From contig NC_068993.1 of assembly GCF_001194135.2 (NCBI RefSeq), forward strand, positions 55,965,243 through 56,029,211: a stretch of 63,969 nucleotides of DNA, written 5' to 3'. The number at the start of each line of letters is the position of its first letter. Within the stretch, counting starts at the first letter, position 1. The notes below the pieces were generated by a model that was given only the letters and a program-made list of their open reading frames with translations, made no database searches and was not told where the DNA came from. Below, piece after piece: positions 61,338 through 63,969 of the stretch. Position numbers and translations under genes: made by a program. This stretch comes from Octopus bimaculoides (taxonomy: Eukaryota).

Positions 61338-62188
61338 TATGCATACTCACACACGCACACATACACACATATACACACACTTACATACGTGAGTGCACGC
61401 GCATTAATGTGCCTGTGAGTGTATATATCTCCGAATATATATATATATATATATACATATATACACACATACATATACACACATGCATAAATATACGTAC
61501 AAACAAACACACACACACTCTCACGTATACATACATGTGTGTGTGTGTGTATGTATATATGTATATGCAAATAGATAAATATGTATGTATGTGTGTATAT
61601 ATGTATGTGTGTATGTATGTATGTATGTATGTATGTATGTATGTATGTATGTATGTATGTATGTATTGGTGAGGTTGAGCTAGCGAAATGCAGAAAATGA
61701 AGGAGAAAAATGAAAGAGAAAGAAAAAGAGACAAGGAGAGAGAGAGAATGGGGGGAAGAGAAAGGTGGGGACAGTAACATAAAGAACGAATAAATAAAGG
61801 ATCAAAATGAGATTTTAGATAAATATAAAAGACAAAACGAAAATCTTCATTAATTTACTTAATAACACAGTTGTTTGATTGAATGTGCACGGAAAGGACA
61901 TGAATTTATAATCTAAATGGATTTGGCTATTGAAATACTAGTAGATAACGTCTGCAATGCTATTTTTATTTTTGTTTTCTGTCTACCATCTCCATACATA
62001 ATATTCAATATGGCGTAATCATCTGGGAACTTTCTAGGACTTGCAATATATTTACATTTGCGGGCAATTTTTTATTCCTTTAATAACGTATTTCATTTCC
62101 AACATTTAGAAAAAAGAGGTATGAAAAACTACGAAGATATATAGAAAATATAAGTTACCTTATATATATAAATGTCTGCATGCGTGCG

Positions 62189-62230
<42 letters not shown>

Positions 62231-63704
62231 NNNNNNNNNNNNNNNNNNNNNNNNNNNNNNNNNNNNNNNNNNNNNNNNNNNNNNNNNNNNNNNNNNNNNN
62301 NNNNNNNNNNNNNNNNNNNNNNNNNNNNNNNNNNNNNNNNNNNNNNNNNNNNNNNNNNNNNNNNNNNNNNNNNNNNNNNNNNNNNNNNNNNNNNNNNNNN
62401 NNNNNNNNNNNNNNNNNNNNNNNNNNNNNNNNNNNNNNNNNNNNNNNNNNNNNNNNNNNNNNNNNNNNNNNNNNNNNNNNNNNNNNNNNNNNNNNNNNNN
62501 NNNNNNNNNNNNNNNNNNNNNNNNNNNNNNNNNNNNNNNNNNNNNNNNNNNNNNNNNNNNNNNNNNNNNNNNNNNNNNNNNNNNNNNNNNNNNNNNNNNN
62601 NNNNNNNNNNNNNNNNNNNNNNNNNNNNNNNNNNNNNNNNNNNNNNNNNNNNNNNNNNNNNNNNNNNNNNNNNNNNNNNNNNNNNNNNNNNNNNNNNNNN
62701 NNNNNNNNNNNNNNNNNNNNNNNNNNNNNNNNNNNNNNNNNNNNNNNNNNNNNNNNNNNNNNNNNNNNNNNNNNNNNNNNNNNNNNNNNNNNNNNNNNNN
62801 NNNNNNNNNNNNNNNNNNNNNNNNNNNNNNNNNNNNNNTATATATATATATATTGGCGACCAAACAGAGGCTCCTCGTTCAAAGATATAATTACATTATT
62901 GTATAATCCCAAGTTGTCCCTCATCGATCCGACATATAAGTAAAAGTATTAAAATCATAACCAGCCTGCTGCTTGGGTTTGAACCCCCACCCTCCGCAGA
63001 CTATATAATTCAATGTGTCTTTCTTATTTATCGTAAGGTATGGTTGGCTGGTGGTTTCGTTTCGGCTTATTATTAATGTTATCCTTATCATATTTGACTT
63101 TCTCTTTTCACTCTGTCCAAGATTTATTTAAAGTATTACCAAATAAATATTCCCTGGAGTACTTGTGAACGTCTGCCCCAATACCCTGGGGGAGAAAAAA
63201 AAAAGGTTTTATGTATTCATACTATATTTGCTATATCATTTTGACATTTTCACGTCAAAATGTTTACTAGAGAAATGTAATATGTCTCTAAAACATTATA
63301 CTAATTCAACAGCGTACAAAAACATACAAAAATTAGCGCAAAAGGTTGTTTCAGTGAAAAGGTACTTGCAACAAACGTAAAAAAAAAAATGACGAGCATT
63401 TAAATGAAAATGTAATAGAAAAAGAAATTATTTTGAGCAATTTACCAAATATTTGGAAAAATAGCGGTAACAACAATAACAACATTCACTCAGTGACAAA
63501 CATGTTAGTCGCTGAAGTTAATAATTATAATCTTTATTATTCTCACAGTCATTTTTGTATAATTCTTTCAATCTCTATGCCTCTGTTATACTTTCACGTT
63601 ACCTTTCTAATTTCTCCAAACTATTCTATAGCTCTATCTTTTTCTTTCTACCTCTTATCTCTTGTTTTATTAGTTGTTTTATTATTGTTGTCTCTTATGC
63701 TCTC

Positions 63705-63969
63705 GTGGAAGCGCAATGGCACATTGGTTAGGGCAGCGGACTCGCGGTCATAGGATCGCGGTTTCGATTCCCAGACCGGGCGTTGTGAGTGTTTATTGAG
63801 TGAAAACACCTAAAGCTCCACGAGGCTCCGGTAGGGGATGGTGGTGAAACCTGCTGTACTCTTTCACCACAACTTTCTCTTACTTCCTCTTTCTGTTGTG
63901 CCTGTATTTCAAAGGGCCAGCCTTGTCACACTGTGTCACGCTGAATATCCCCGAGAACTACGTTAAAGG
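63705..63969 (+). mobile_element. SINE family F, cut by window edge
   Basis: GTGGAAGCGCAATGGCACATTGGTTAGGGCAGCGGACTCGCGGTCATAGGATCGCGGTTTCGATTCCCAGACCGGG, a tRNA-like head with A/B boxes. Confidence 0.9.

Overview
This is AT-rich eukaryotic DNA with very many microsatellites and about 23 N-gaps (roughly 9 kb). The SINE families and repeat load suggest an octopus genome; that is inferred from familiarity with these repeats, not from a search. I cannot identify any intact host gene, rRNA, true tRNA or CRISPR array, and almost all long ORFs in the supplied track are microsatellite or N-gap artefacts. The window is mostly decayed mobile DNA: several tRNA-derived SINE families that swap head and tail modules, RTE-type and R4/Dong-type LINE remnants, Penelope-like GIY-YIG remnants, mariner/Tc1, Chapaev3, and hAT/Tigger/piggyBac-like MITE pieces. 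The best signals are not in the ORF track. (1) Three minimal type I hammerhead ribozyme motifs on the minus strand (18501-18591, 45660-45710, 47387-47470); the first has an intact core and two flank Penelope-like remnants. (2) A PHD-finger/linker/coiled-coil ORF that can be rebuilt by removing a SINE with a 10-bp target-site duplication (38624-39422). (3) A CpG-rich promoter-like island (56520-56801) and a candidate 198-nt symmetric exon downstream (58346-58543). (4) A minisatellite whose core overlaps Rel-like and STAT-like motifs (6739-7120). (5) A possible half HDV-like ribozyme at an R4-like 5' end (40841-40921). None of this has been tested computationally.
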